From Paraspadella gotoi (lineage: Eukaryota > Animalia > Chaetognatha), in NCBI GenBank assembly GCA_051294375.1, contig CM119266.1, forward strand, positions 10,639,571-10,703,570: a DNA stretch of 64,000 nt, given 5' to 3'. The notes below the pieces were generated by a model that ran no database searches, had not been told where the DNA came from, and was given only the letters and a program-made list of their open reading frames with translations. Positions 41,886 to 52,530 of the stretch are shown piece by piece (the stretch's first letter is position 1; every line of letters begins with the position of its first letter). The position numbers were made by a program, and so were the translations under genes.

Positions 41886-43343
41886 ATGAAGTTTCTTAGT
41901 TTTGAATCACTTCCCTGTATAAAAAAAAATAGCTGAAAAATCCGTAAGGCTCCATTTCTTGTGGAGGACCTGCTTCAACATCCTTCAAAAATATTAAGAT
42001 ATGCTCAGATTAGAATTTAACTTTTTTAAAAATATTTTAGATATGATAAATGTTCAAGCCACATAATTATTTTTTATTCAAATTTAAGAGTGGCTGCATT
42101 TATTGCATTGACGAGCCACTTCAACATCCTCCAAATCCAAGGAGACTATCTCGAATTTTTGGACTTCTCGGATGAAAAAATTCCATATGGTCTAAAATAA
42201 CTTTTTACCAAATTTGGTGCTGGTTATCCCTGAATAAGTTTTTTCCCCCTAAGAGACGCCAGTAAGAGTTTATTTATTAAATAAATTTATATCCGTTGTA
42301 CCAATTTCATAACACTAATTGAGCAAACTAATTAAGAAAAAATATATGAACTTTTACAAAAGCCAAAAAAGATTACAAAGCGGTAGCCGACCAAAATCAA
42401 ATTTTAATGTGAACAGCATTAAACAAATCCATTATCGATATTCATTGTTAAAATATTTTTTTGAAAAAATGTTCCGAACCATGAGTAATTCACTAATTTA
42501 AATTATTATATTGCTAAATAGTATAGAAAATGTTTTTGAATATTTTAAGTTTTATTAATTGATTATGATTTTTATTTTGATTCTGATTTTTAATTGATTC
42601 TGATTCTCATAACTTATGACATAAGTCATAAGTCGGTTTGCGAGAGTGTGACTTTTGTTTTATCAAATTTACAATTACATAATTCAACATTTCAACAACA
42701 TTTCGAGAGTTGTTGTTTAAAAACTTTCGATGTTCTACTTTTTATTATCCTCATCTCAGGGCAAACGTCGCCCTCAACCGACCGTCAACTAAACATTCGA
42801 GTGTTCTTTTGCCTCCTGCTGACACTTCCTGCAGTAACAAAGCGTTTACTCTCCGTATCAGATTTAACAAATTTCGAGTTTCTTCCAGAAATAATGTAAT
42901 TTTGTTTTACTTCGATTATTATCGGCGTAATCATATCCAGATAACGAGCGTTATTGCATTTAAGAAACGTAGCTACATCTATTTGTGGTGTAAACGCGAT
43001 TCGCGTTTCGTTGGGCAGAATTTTCTTTGTCGTAACTTTAGTCCGCCATTACTTGTTTTTCCTTGTTACGTTATTTACACATTATGTATTTGATATTCTT
43101 GTAATAATTTAGATCAAACTCATCTTAAACAACCTGACAAAGTCCATTTTTATCGAACCAAGTTATGAGCTGAAAAATTCGCTATCAATTTTTAATATTT
43201 GACCCGATTAATCTTTCCTAGGTAATAACTATCGGACTATCGTCCTACACGCGCTGGAATAAAAATAAAAAAACATTTGCGAAAGAAAACGATCTGAATA
43301 TACTCGCAATGTGATCATCACATTGAAGAATAATAAAACCAAC

Positions 43344-46300
43344 ATGGAGAAGGATAGCAATGAAGAGCCTCCGAATTCCGAACTTATCTTGACTTGTCCA
43401 GAATGTTCGTCCAAATTCTCTGATTCAACCGCCTTAACTCGACACATTCAGTCAACGCACAAGAGGTTTACCTGCGAAGTATGTCGCAAGTCGACATTTC
43501 CATCCCTGATATTAATGCTGCGCCATCGAAGCTTGGAGCATTCGGCCGCGAAGAAGACTTCCGATGTTAATAATCACTCTAAAGCCGTCCCAGTTTCCGC
43601 TTCAAGCTCGAAAAAGATGAAATGTGGTGTGTGCCAAGCTACGAAAAATACAAAGGCTGAATTGAGACTACATTATCAAGAAGCTCACGGCTCGTTAGTG
43701 GATAAGTTCTATCAATGCGGCCAGTGTAACAGCGTCTTCGTCAGCAAGGACTCAGTTAAGGTTCATCGAAAGAAGGAACATGGGGTTTTGGATAAAGATT
43801 CCATTTTAAATAGCGGTTCCAGTAGCACTCAATTTGTTTGCACATTTTGTAGCTTCAAATCTCAGTCAAAAAAGAGCTTAAAGCTTCATCTGACTAATTT
43901 GCATAAAGGAAAAAGGGTGAAATGCTTCGAATGCGATACTTATTTTACGGATAACAGCGGTCTCAAGGGAAGAAAATTATGTGGGATTTGTCGTCATGGC
44001 ACTCAATACCGTTGCAAAGAAACTGGTTGTGACCGAGAATTCTACACAGAAGCAGCACTTCGTTCTCATATTTCAGCAGTTCACCTTATTCATGAAAATC
44101 TTTGCCAACTTTGTGAACGTGTGTTTCGTAACGAAGAGATGCTTAATCAACACGCCAATTCTGTTCATAACGGTATGCGTGCAGTGTGTAGCGCGTGCAA
44201 CACGTTTTTTAAGACACACGATTGTTTTAAGGAGCATGACTGCCGCAATCCAAAATTTGATAACGAGTCCGTGGAAACCTCAAAACTCTCTGCTCCTAAC
44301 CAAAAGCCCGAGGATTTATTAAAGTCTAAATTTACATGTTATAATTGCTGTAAAAGTTTTGACACACAGATCTTATTACGAGAGCATGCTGATAATTGCT
44401 TATTAGATAATGAAGCCAAAGATTTTGAAAATAAGATACAATTAAAAAAACCTTACAGCGAAAAGACTGAAAACTGTGATGACATCACATCTGCTCATCA
44501 GAGCAATTATGAATCTGAAATTCTGATTCCTTCCAAACCAACAGAAGAATTTTTCTCTCGAGGTCAAACCGGATTTCGCTGTCCTTCTTGCACTAAAGTT
44601 TGCAAATACTTGTTCCAACTCAAGCAGCATTTTTCAGCTGCACATGAAGGAAAGCTCGTATTTCCTTGTCCGATGCCCCAATGTTCAAAAAAGTTGCTTA
44701 CCATCGCACATGTTCATGCCCATATGCGACAGGTACATCAGAAAAAGAATGTAACTATTTATAAAATGCCCTGTATTGAACAAAAAAAAATTAAATCTAA
44801 GCGGGTAGATCAAGATATTGCTGACTCTCAGCCTGTTAAAAAAGTCTCAAAAAATAGAAAAAACGCTGTTAGTGAGAAAAAATGGGAAAAAAACTGGTTA
44901 ACTTTACAACGTCAACAACTTGAAAAACTTAGTGGTGATGAAAGTTCAAAAGGTTATTCCTCCGCCGAGGAAAGAGAAAAGAATTGTCGCAAAAAGCTGG
45001 ATAAACTTCGTCGAAAGATACACAAAAGTGTAAGAAAAACCAATGCTTTTGAACCACCTGTTAATGATTTATCTTCGCAAAAATCGAATGAAACTATTTG
45101 TCAAGATTTAACTTCTGCATCTCTATCTAATTCTGATGGAATCGAATTCGCAATTCCATCTGCAAAATCAAAGAATGTTAGTCGTCGATGGATGCAATCA
45201 TGGCTGTATCGGCAGCAACAGCTTTTACTAGAAAATGATGTTGTTCCAGATGATTTCGCTTGTACAATGGAATCTATTTTTGCTCCAAATCAATCTGAAT
45301 CCAGTAAAGTAGGCCAAGAAAAATCGTTAAAACGGCTAGATTTACATTCTGAAGCTCTTGCTCACTCGAAAGCTTCAATCAAGGAAAAAGGTAAAAATAG
45401 TAAAAAGTGGGAACAGTCATGGATGAGAAAACAACAGCAATTATACGCCAAGATATCTCAAACGAATAAAGACTCGGCAGACTTATATGAGGACAGCGAC
45501 TGGAATAAGAGTGATGAAAACATAGATTCAATGTCGAATGTCACAGAGTTACCAGAAAGTGTTTCAAGTCTTGCTACAGATGGCATTTCACATGGCAATG
45601 ATGCCCTTTCTATAGACACAGGCATTTGCCTTAGTGATAGTGGCTCTGAAATTCCTAATTTCGAGTTGCTCACATCAAGAACTTTGTCTCCATTATTGGC
45701 AATGCAACCACCTGCCAACGAGGAAAACGAGCCATCTAAGGAATTGGAAAATGCAAGCGAAAGTCCAAATCGGCTTAGGGATGTTGAAGATGAGATTCTA
45801 CAGGATTCTAGTAATTTCAAGCTAGCAATTTTGAACAGCCATCAAGATTTGGAATCTAAAGTTAGCTCTTCATCTAATAATAATTGCAATAATGATGAAA
45901 CTCAATTTATGGGAAATGAAACTTATTCTAAAATCATGGCTGCCATGCCAAATACAAAAACCATATTAGCCAGCATGGGAATTATAGATTTTGAAAATGA
46001 TATAGACTTACTTGAATTAATAAATGGCTCTGTTGACGAAGCAAATACATCTCTGGGCCATACTGATGATAATCATTTGGATTTTTCAAAAAACTTCTTA
46101 GTTGATACAAAACTTGATATTTACGGAGATGTTCCTTCACCTTCAAAGTCATCCTATTCAGACACAGCTACTTGTTATTACCCTCCTAGAACTAACAACG
46201 ATGATACTGAAAAAAGTATTGATATGAAACCATGTTTGACCGAATTGAGTCGCGCAGAAGAAATGAATGATATTGAACATGCTGAAGATGATGTGTTTGA

Positions 46301-47945
46301 AACGAATGATAATTTGACGAAGACGATCGGTGTTAATACAGAGAGAACAAACGTTTCTTCTTCGGAACATAGTGATGAAACTTCGCCCAAAGAGAAGTCT
46401 AAATATGAACCTATTGTTATTCATGTCGATAGCACAGGAGCTAGAAATATAACCCTAGGTAGTCTGGATGCACTTTCTAAACCTTTGTGGCTTCCTTTGC
46501 CTGGCGAATCTACTTTTTCCAATAGTCGCACTCTCATTTATTCAACTTTGGAGGAGTCTAATGATACACCAGTTACACCGAAGCCCGAAATGGCTTATTC
46601 TCCTCAATCTTCGACGGCATCTCATGATCTCGCTTCGCACTCTGACACGGCAATTAGGTTTAGTTCCGAATCCTCCAAAAAATTGAACCGCCGCGTTCAT
46701 AAGGCACCCATGAGGCACAAGCTCGCTTCATCTAGCAGTAATCCAGTGCCTACGGCGAAGGGCGTATTCCTGCTTGAGAGCAACTCTCGATCTGTAAGTC
46801 CAAGTTTATCCGGTGCTAACGAGGACAAAAAATCCTTTTCTCCTGAAATATCTGAAAAGAAATGCAGCTTGGATACAACTGATAATTCTGCCTCAGTTTC
46901 ATTAACTGCTTTATGCAGCACCAGTAAGTTGCCAGAATCGACTCGCGACAATTCAAATTTGGTTTCAAGTGACTCCACCCTTTTTGATCCCTTTGACGTC
47001 GGTTTTCCCGCCGACAATCTAGGCACGGAGGAATTAATGGCGATCTCAACTTTAATGCAATTGGGTGCTTCAAAGCATAAATCTGTTGTTCCTACGGATG
47101 ATGAATTTTCAAACAACACTGTCGGAAACGACTCGATGGAAAACTGTCGGCCCTACTACAACGAAACGTCCATGAAGCCTTCTTCCCCGAAAGTGACTAA
47201 ATTAGGGAAAAAAATAAAATCTAAAGTGAAAAAGAAGCCAGATGCCCCAACTTATCAACGTCATCTTAGGTCGTGTAAAGAAAGTCTAAGATCACCTCGA
47301 CGAAAATCATCTCTGACGAGCCCTTCTGACTCTGTTATGCGAAAAGCAAAAGTTGAGCTTGTCCCTCTACCACCCCAGATAGACGCCAAGGGTAAATGTC
47401 GTATCCGTGTCGAATCCGACCAAGTCGTTATCATGAACAAAGATGGGAAAAGTGATGATGATAATCTCAAATCTGAGGACGAAATCGTTTTGATTCCGAT
47501 CACCAAAGGCAGAGAGGGATCGAGCCAGAAGTTCTCCTGCTCCACTCCCCATCGCCTGTCTTCGTCGTCTTCTGAAGTTCTTCCACTTCGCTGTCGATCG
47601 CGCTCGACTTCCAGTTCTCGCTTTCCCGGCAAAATGACGGACGATTCGCCCACGAAAATTGATGACAACGTTGATAAAGTTGGTTCTAAATCTAAGTCGC
47701 TTCCATCCAGCGATTCGGGCCGATTTCCCAATTTCATTTCATCCAAATCCAAATCTGCTTCTGACCCGAGTTCAAAGTCAAGCGGAAAACCGACAGGGAT
47801 GGTAGTTCCTGTCCAATTAGCAGAAGGACATCGTTCCTTCGAAAACGTTTACCAAATAAAACGAAAGTCCAACTCCAAGGTAGAAGCTTTCGATCTTACT
47901 GTCAATAACGAAATTTCTAAAGACAGGAGTGAAAATTCGAAGTAG
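43344..47945 (+). CDS. Large single-ORF C2H2 zinc-finger protein (about 1533 aa from the first ATG)
   Basis: Uninterrupted ORF with about 12 Cx2-4C-x12-Hx3-4H type fingers in the N-terminal 480 aa (e.g. CPECSSKFSDSTALTRHIQSTH), then a long Ser/acidic disordered tail. The first ATG is at 43344; the ORF track starts at a GTG at 43311. Confidence 0.9.
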   Translation: MEKDSNEEPPNSELILTCPECSSKFSDSTALTRHIQSTHKRFTCEVCRKSTFPSLILMLRHRSLEHSAAKKTSDVNNHSKAVPVSASSSKKMKCGVCQATKNTKAELRLHYQEAHGSLVDKFYQCGQCNSVFVSKDSVKVHRKKEHGVLDKDSILNSGSSSTQFVCTFCSFKSQSKKSLKLHLTNLHKGKRVKCFECDTYFTDNSGLKGRKLCGICRHGTQYRCKETGCDREFYTEAALRSHISAVHLIHENLCQLCERVFRNEEMLNQHANSVHNGMRAVCSACNTFFKTHDCFKEHDCRNPKFDNESVETSKLSAPNQKPEDLLKSKFTCYNCCKSFDTQILLREHADNCLLDNEAKDFENKIQLKKPYSEKTENCDDITSAHQSNYESEILIPSKPTEEFFSRGQTGFRCPSCTKVCKYLFQLKQHFSAAHEGKLVFPCPMPQCSKKLLTIAHVHAHMRQVHQKKNVTIYKMPCIEQKKIKSKRVDQDIADSQPVKKVSKNRKNAVSEKKWEKNWLTLQRQQLEKLSGDESSKGYSSAEEREKNCRKKLDKLRRKIHKSVRKTNAFEPPVNDLSSQKSNETICQDLTSASLSNSDGIEFAIPSAKSKNVSRRWMQSWLYRQQQLLLENDVVPDDFACTMESIFAPNQSESSKVGQEKSLKRLDLHSEALAHSKASIKEKGKNSKKWEQSWMRKQQQLYAKISQTNKDSADLYEDSDWNKSDENIDSMSNVTELPESVSSLATDGISHGNDALSIDTGICLSDSGSEIPNFELLTSRTLSPLLAMQPPANEENEPSKELENASESPNRLRDVEDEILQDSSNFKLAILNSHQDLESKVSSSSNNNCNNDETQFMGNETYSKIMAAMPNTKTILASMGIIDFENDIDLLELINGSVDEANTSLGHTDDNHLDFSKNFLVDTKLDIYGDVPSPSKSSYSDTATCYYPPRTNNDDTEKSIDMKPCLTELSRAEEMNDIEHAEDDVFETNDNLTKTIGVNTERTNVSSSEHSDETSPKEKSKYEPIVIHVDSTGARNITLGSLDALSKPLWLPLPGESTFSNSRTLIYSTLEESNDTPVTPKPEMAYSPQSSTASHDLASHSDTAIRFSSESSKKLNRRVHKAPMRHKLASSSSNPVPTAKGVFLLESNSRSVSPSLSGANEDKKSFSPEISEKKCSLDTTDNSASVSLTALCSTSKLPESTRDNSNLVSSDSTLFDPFDVGFPADNLGTEELMAISTLMQLGASKHKSVVPTDDEFSNNTVGNDSMENCRPYYNETSMKPSSPKVTKLGKKIKSKVKKKPDAPTYQRHLRSCKESLRSPRRKSSLTSPSDSVMRKAKVELVPLPPQIDAKGKCRIRVESDQVVIMNKDGKSDDDNLKSEDEIVLIPITKGREGSSQKFSCSTPHRLSSSSSEVLPLRCRSRSTSSSRFPGKMTDDSPTKIDDNVDKVGSKSKSLPSSDSGRFPNFISSKSKSASDPSSKSSGKPTGMVVPVQLAEGHRSFENVYQIKRKSNSKVEAFDLTVNNEISKDRSENSK

Positions 47946-49197
47946 AGTTATCGCTCTGTGGGGTATACTAGTCATTCCCACCATAATTAGAGTAATATTT
48001 TTTGGTCGAAAATTATATTTTTTATTTTATCCCATTTATTGTAGATATTTTACATGTTTGCACGGCTTTTTGTAAAAAGTTAACTCTCTCTTTGAATTTG
48101 CGCTTTTAAATTATATTTAATTGTTAAAATAGTGGAATTTTTGCCCTTTGGATGTTGCAATTAATATTTTAAGATTTCGAGTATTTATCCTGGAGGTCTC
48201 GATGAAATAAACGGTTAATTTTTTAGTTTGAGTTTGGTTATTTTTATGAGAAAATGGTTATAGTAAATGTCAGGAGAGGAATCTAGTAGTAACATTTAAA
48301 CAGCCCTTTTGTAAGTAAACCGAATTAAAATTTATCTTCGCACAATTTGAAAATTCTTCACTCACTTCAAAAAATAGATTGTTGTGATTTGGCGATTTGC
48401 CAGTAGCCCGATGCCCGTATGCCATATAACGGTTTGGTTTTTAACTTCATTTCCATCCATGGAATTTTTGCAGTAAACTAGTTTTACATTTTCTTGATGT
48501 TATTTCTAAACATCTTTTATTGAATGTGTTCCTCTTTGGAATGATTCGTAGTTTTTATCATCAGTTTTTTTATAAAATTGCTCAGACATATATAGTTTGG
48601 GGATGATAATATTTTAATATTTTTTTTAATATGGAACAGTTTTTTTTCTTAATTTCTTAACTATTTTACAATTTTATTAGGAATGTTTGTTCATGAAGAG
48701 CTTTGTAAGTATTCTTTATTCCTAAAGAGGAATACCTAGACAGATTACCGCTTGACATAAAAGGTGATTACATTTTTGCTAGCTTTTATATTATTGTTGA
48801 TTTGAAAAATTAAGCGACGTGCAAAACCCCAAACTGAAAAAAAAGAATAAGTTATTTAAAACCCACAGATTTAGTAAAACAAGAACATTCTGCACTTGAC
48901 AGAATATTTATCTTAAAATTATCCTTAAGGCAAAAAATGTTGTCACGTTTTATGTGTTGGTATATTCATCGATCTGTATGTAAGTTTTGAACCTTAAAAT
49001 GTTTTTAACTTGATTTTAACCGATTTGTAAGGAAAAATTTGATGTTTAGCTTCTTGTTGGTTTTTTCATTGAAAAAAATTTCCCACGTTTTTCTTATAAG
49101 TATGCATTTAGGTTCCCGTTTTAAAAAATATGACTGTGGACAATTATTTTCCACCGTAAGTCGGCGAAAAACTACTATAGTTCCACCGTAAACCAAA

Positions 49198-51228
49198 ATG
49201 GATGCCGTCGCGGCTCTTTGTCACTTCTGCGAAGTCCACGGTCCCAGCATCGTCCTCACAACGCAACCTTTTCATGCAACTGTTCCTCACGGCGTACCCG
49301 GCACTGCCCCAAATGGTCCGTGGGGTTTAGGGACGGTGGAGAGCGAGACTTCGACTTGGTCTAATCCTTGGTTCACTACTGATGGCCCCTTCTCCGCGGA
49401 GGGGCTATCAACCGGACCGAATGATTTGCCTCCCGGCGGAAACTCAAAAGCTCCAACCGGAAAGCGCCCTCCCTCCGTCTCCCGAAGGGATTCGTGCGAC
49501 GCTTGTAAGGCTTTCCAAACATCGCAGCAAATCTTTTACAGCCACGACGAGACCAGCGGGGTCACCTACATCAGTTCTCAGGCTCCCGAAAACCCAAAAG
49601 TTTTTTCCATGCTGCGTCAGGCCTGCGTACGCAGCCTCAGTTGCGAAGTTTGCCCGGGACGCGAGGGTCCTATCTTCTTCGGTCACAACGATCCAGATAA
49701 ATTGGACGCCGGTGGCGGAAATGTATTAACTTATACCTTCTACGTCAAGGACTCCTTGTCGCGGGGATTTCAGCGATTTTACTCGATCGTCGTCCTCATG
49801 AGCGACAAGATTTTCCTGCTAAACTCGTGGCCGTTCATCGTGGAAAATGTCAAAGCGATCGTTGAGAAGATCCAGGAAAGCGCCGCCATCGTTTACGGCT
49901 TGGAGCAGACCGATAATCCTCAACGAGGGGCCAGACTTACCCAGTCATTTCTGCGAGGGGGTGCTGTCGGCCCTGGCAACAAGGCGCCACGATCTCTTGC
50001 CGAGTTGACCGCCAACAAGTATATCTACAAGCTCTTGCACATGCAGTTCACATGGCTTCTTCGTACGGGAGCGGGGCGGCTGAAAGAGAAAATCCTGGAA
50101 GGGGCTCCGTTACAAGAAGGTGCGTCGAGCCTGGATGCCGGGGGATTGGAGGACGATGACGATGAAGACTACTTTTTGGTCGCTGATCTCGCGGAGGAAG
50201 TCAGCGAAGAGGGATTCGTCAAAGTCGGCCCGCTGCGCTCGAGTTCGCGACTGCCGATCGCCGCGATAAGCCGCCCTTCGAAGGAACTAGTCACCGAAAG
50301 TCCGACGATGACACCGACGGACGTCAAAACGGCCGCTGAAAAAAAGGATGCATCGCCGGTTAAGTTTTCGTTGAATGACTCTGACTCGTCATCGGAGGAG
50401 AGGCTCGTTCCTCCTTCCGAAAACCGACATCATCTTCCCTCGAAATACTTGAAAAGTTTCGATGCTTTCGATGAAGCTGGCCGCGTCGCCCTGAACGACG
50501 ACGCCGATGAGGATTCGATCGATTTTAAGATTTTCGGCCACCTCCGCGACGTCGTAAAAATAGTGGGCGAGGAAAGGTTTCATTCCATCGCTCATCACGT
50601 TCTGGTCGGAGACCAGGTCATTGTCCAGGGACAACCCCGCCACTTGGTCACCGGCCTGCTGCAAGTTTTACGTACTCTTATTCCGGCCGGGTGTTCCAAA
50701 ACTATTCCTTACTCGTTCGTTTACGAAGATGCGTGGAAATGCAACTTTATAGGCCTAGCTCCGGAAGTGACTTTACCTTCTTATGTGGTGGAGTCCGAAA
50801 CTCCGCCAAATTTTCTCTGGCTCGGCGTGGCATCGGCGACGGTTTCTTCAGCGGCGACGTCGTCCTCTCCGTTTATAGTCGAATCCGCTCTCATTCCAAT
50901 CGTGGAGGTGGTCGTCCTTAAAAGCGCGCCGCCACCGCCGAAACCACCGGAGATTTTACGGCGCATGGAGTTGGCGTTGTTCAACGCGAACCTCAGCAAC
51001 TCTATGGTGGATCAATGTCTCTTGTGCCTTCGTGAAGAATGGATGAATAAGGCCAAAGCGCTGTTCGCCTTCACCCGGGCCGGTGCCACCAATGCCAGTG
51101 AAACTGACAAACTCTTGAAGGTGTTGGGAACCGAACCACAGGATAAACACATCCTAATGTTCTGGATGACGGGATTGAGTTCGCAGTTCAAGCAACACGT
51201 TTTCGGAAGTTTGAATGGAGCAACCTAA
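49198..51228 (+). CDS. FLCN: Folliculin, intronless, 676 aa
   Basis: Diagnostic motifs: MDAVAALCHFCEVHGP, RQACVRSLSCEVCPGREGPIFFG, KDSLSRGFQRFYS, FLLNSWPF, CLREEWMNKAK, FWMTGLS. Confidence 0.97.
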   Translation: MDAVAALCHFCEVHGPSIVLTTQPFHATVPHGVPGTAPNGPWGLGTVESETSTWSNPWFTTDGPFSAEGLSTGPNDLPPGGNSKAPTGKRPPSVSRRDSCDACKAFQTSQQIFYSHDETSGVTYISSQAPENPKVFSMLRQACVRSLSCEVCPGREGPIFFGHNDPDKLDAGGGNVLTYTFYVKDSLSRGFQRFYSIVVLMSDKIFLLNSWPFIVENVKAIVEKIQESAAIVYGLEQTDNPQRGARLTQSFLRGGAVGPGNKAPRSLAELTANKYIYKLLHMQFTWLLRTGAGRLKEKILEGAPLQEGASSLDAGGLEDDDDEDYFLVADLAEEVSEEGFVKVGPLRSSSRLPIAAISRPSKELVTESPTMTPTDVKTAAEKKDASPVKFSLNDSDSSSEERLVPPSENRHHLPSKYLKSFDAFDEAGRVALNDDADEDSIDFKIFGHLRDVVKIVGEERFHSIAHHVLVGDQVIVQGQPRHLVTGLLQVLRTLIPAGCSKTIPYSFVYEDAWKCNFIGLAPEVTLPSYVVESETPPNFLWLGVASATVSSAATSSSPFIVESALIPIVEVVVLKSAPPPPKPPEILRRMELALFNANLSNSMVDQCLLCLREEWMNKAKALFAFTRAGATNASETDKLLKVLGTEPQDKHILMFWMTGLSSQFKQHVFGSLNGAT

Positions 51229-51340
51229 ATATTTTGTGATAACTATTGTGAATGGATCCATGCTGAATCGCTGATTGATATTTATTATACAGTTTATTTT
51301 TTTATAGTGTTTGTTTTTTCGGTTCTGCTTTCAGAAAAGC

Positions 51341-51975
51341 ATGCACGAAATTGTGAAAATAGCTGGGGCGGTTATGCTTCCCCAGATTGGCGGATTTCTA
51401 GGGAGCTTTATTACCCGTTCCAAAATTAAAACCTGGTATGAACATTTGAAAAAACCGTGTTGGCGACCTCCTAATTGGCTTTTCGCGCCAGTTTGGCTGA
51501 CGCTTTATTCAGGTAGTAATTAATAGCAATTACAAATATATAAATAATAAATCCTTTTGGTTCACCTTCAAATTCTTTTGTTAGCGATGGGATACGCTTC
51601 TTATCTCGTTTGGCGCGACGGCGGAGGATTTCACGGGCGGGCGCGATTGCCGCTGCAAATATACGGCGGGCATCTGATGCTGAACTGGTTATGGACTCCC
51701 ATATTCTTTGGCATGGAGCAAATGGGATTTGGCTTCTTTTGGCTCGTTTTAACCGGTAAATCGCTATTTGAAAGTCTAAAGGATTATACATTTTATATCT
51801 AAACTGCAACGATATTTTTTCTTTAGACGTCGGTATCGTGGCTACTATGGTTTCTTTTTGGGAAGTGAACCAAACCGCTACCCTCTTACTAGTACCTTAT
51901 CTGGGATGGGGTTCTTTTGCTGGGATTTTGAATTTCTGGATCTGGAGAAATAATCCCAAGAAAGTAAAATCATGA
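51341..51975 (+). CDS. TSPO: Translocator protein (TspO/MBR); exons 51341-51512, 51585-51755, 51827-51975
   Basis: WYEHLKKPCWRPPNWLFAPVWLTLYS|AMGYASYLVW, LNWLWTPIFFG and LLVPYLGW. GT-AG introns restore the frame. Confidence 0.95.
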
Positions 51976-52530
51976 ATTTGCAACGATCAAACTTTACTAG
52001 TCACTTTCTTTTTAACAGAATCGATACAATGATCGAAATACATCATATATTTACTGATTTAAATTGGTTTTCAAGTTTAGCTAACTTTAATCAAGTAAGG
52101 CAAGCTGTATATCTGTTATTTATTTCAAAAAGCTTAAAATTGTCGAATTCAATGACTAATTTGCGATTTTTCACCCTATTGTGGTACACAATCCAATCCT
52201 TAAAGATGGTTTAATCATTGTTTTTGGTACCTCTACCATGATATGACTTTTAAGAAAAAAAAACCAAATAAACCTGTGATGTTGAAAATTTTATATTTTG
52301 TTTTTGATGATTTACGTACAACCTGCAAATTTATTTGCTCGTTCATTCAAATAACTTTTATATTTTTAAGAGTTACATATTATTGTTTTCTTGTTATTTG
52401 GGATTTTAATTTTTATACCTTCCTTGATTTAGCTTTGACTATGGTGCTAATAGTGAAAACTTAGGAGTTATGATATGTGCTTATTGCTTAATAAGTGAGG
52501 GGTGAATTTGAAAAATTATCGAGCAAAATT

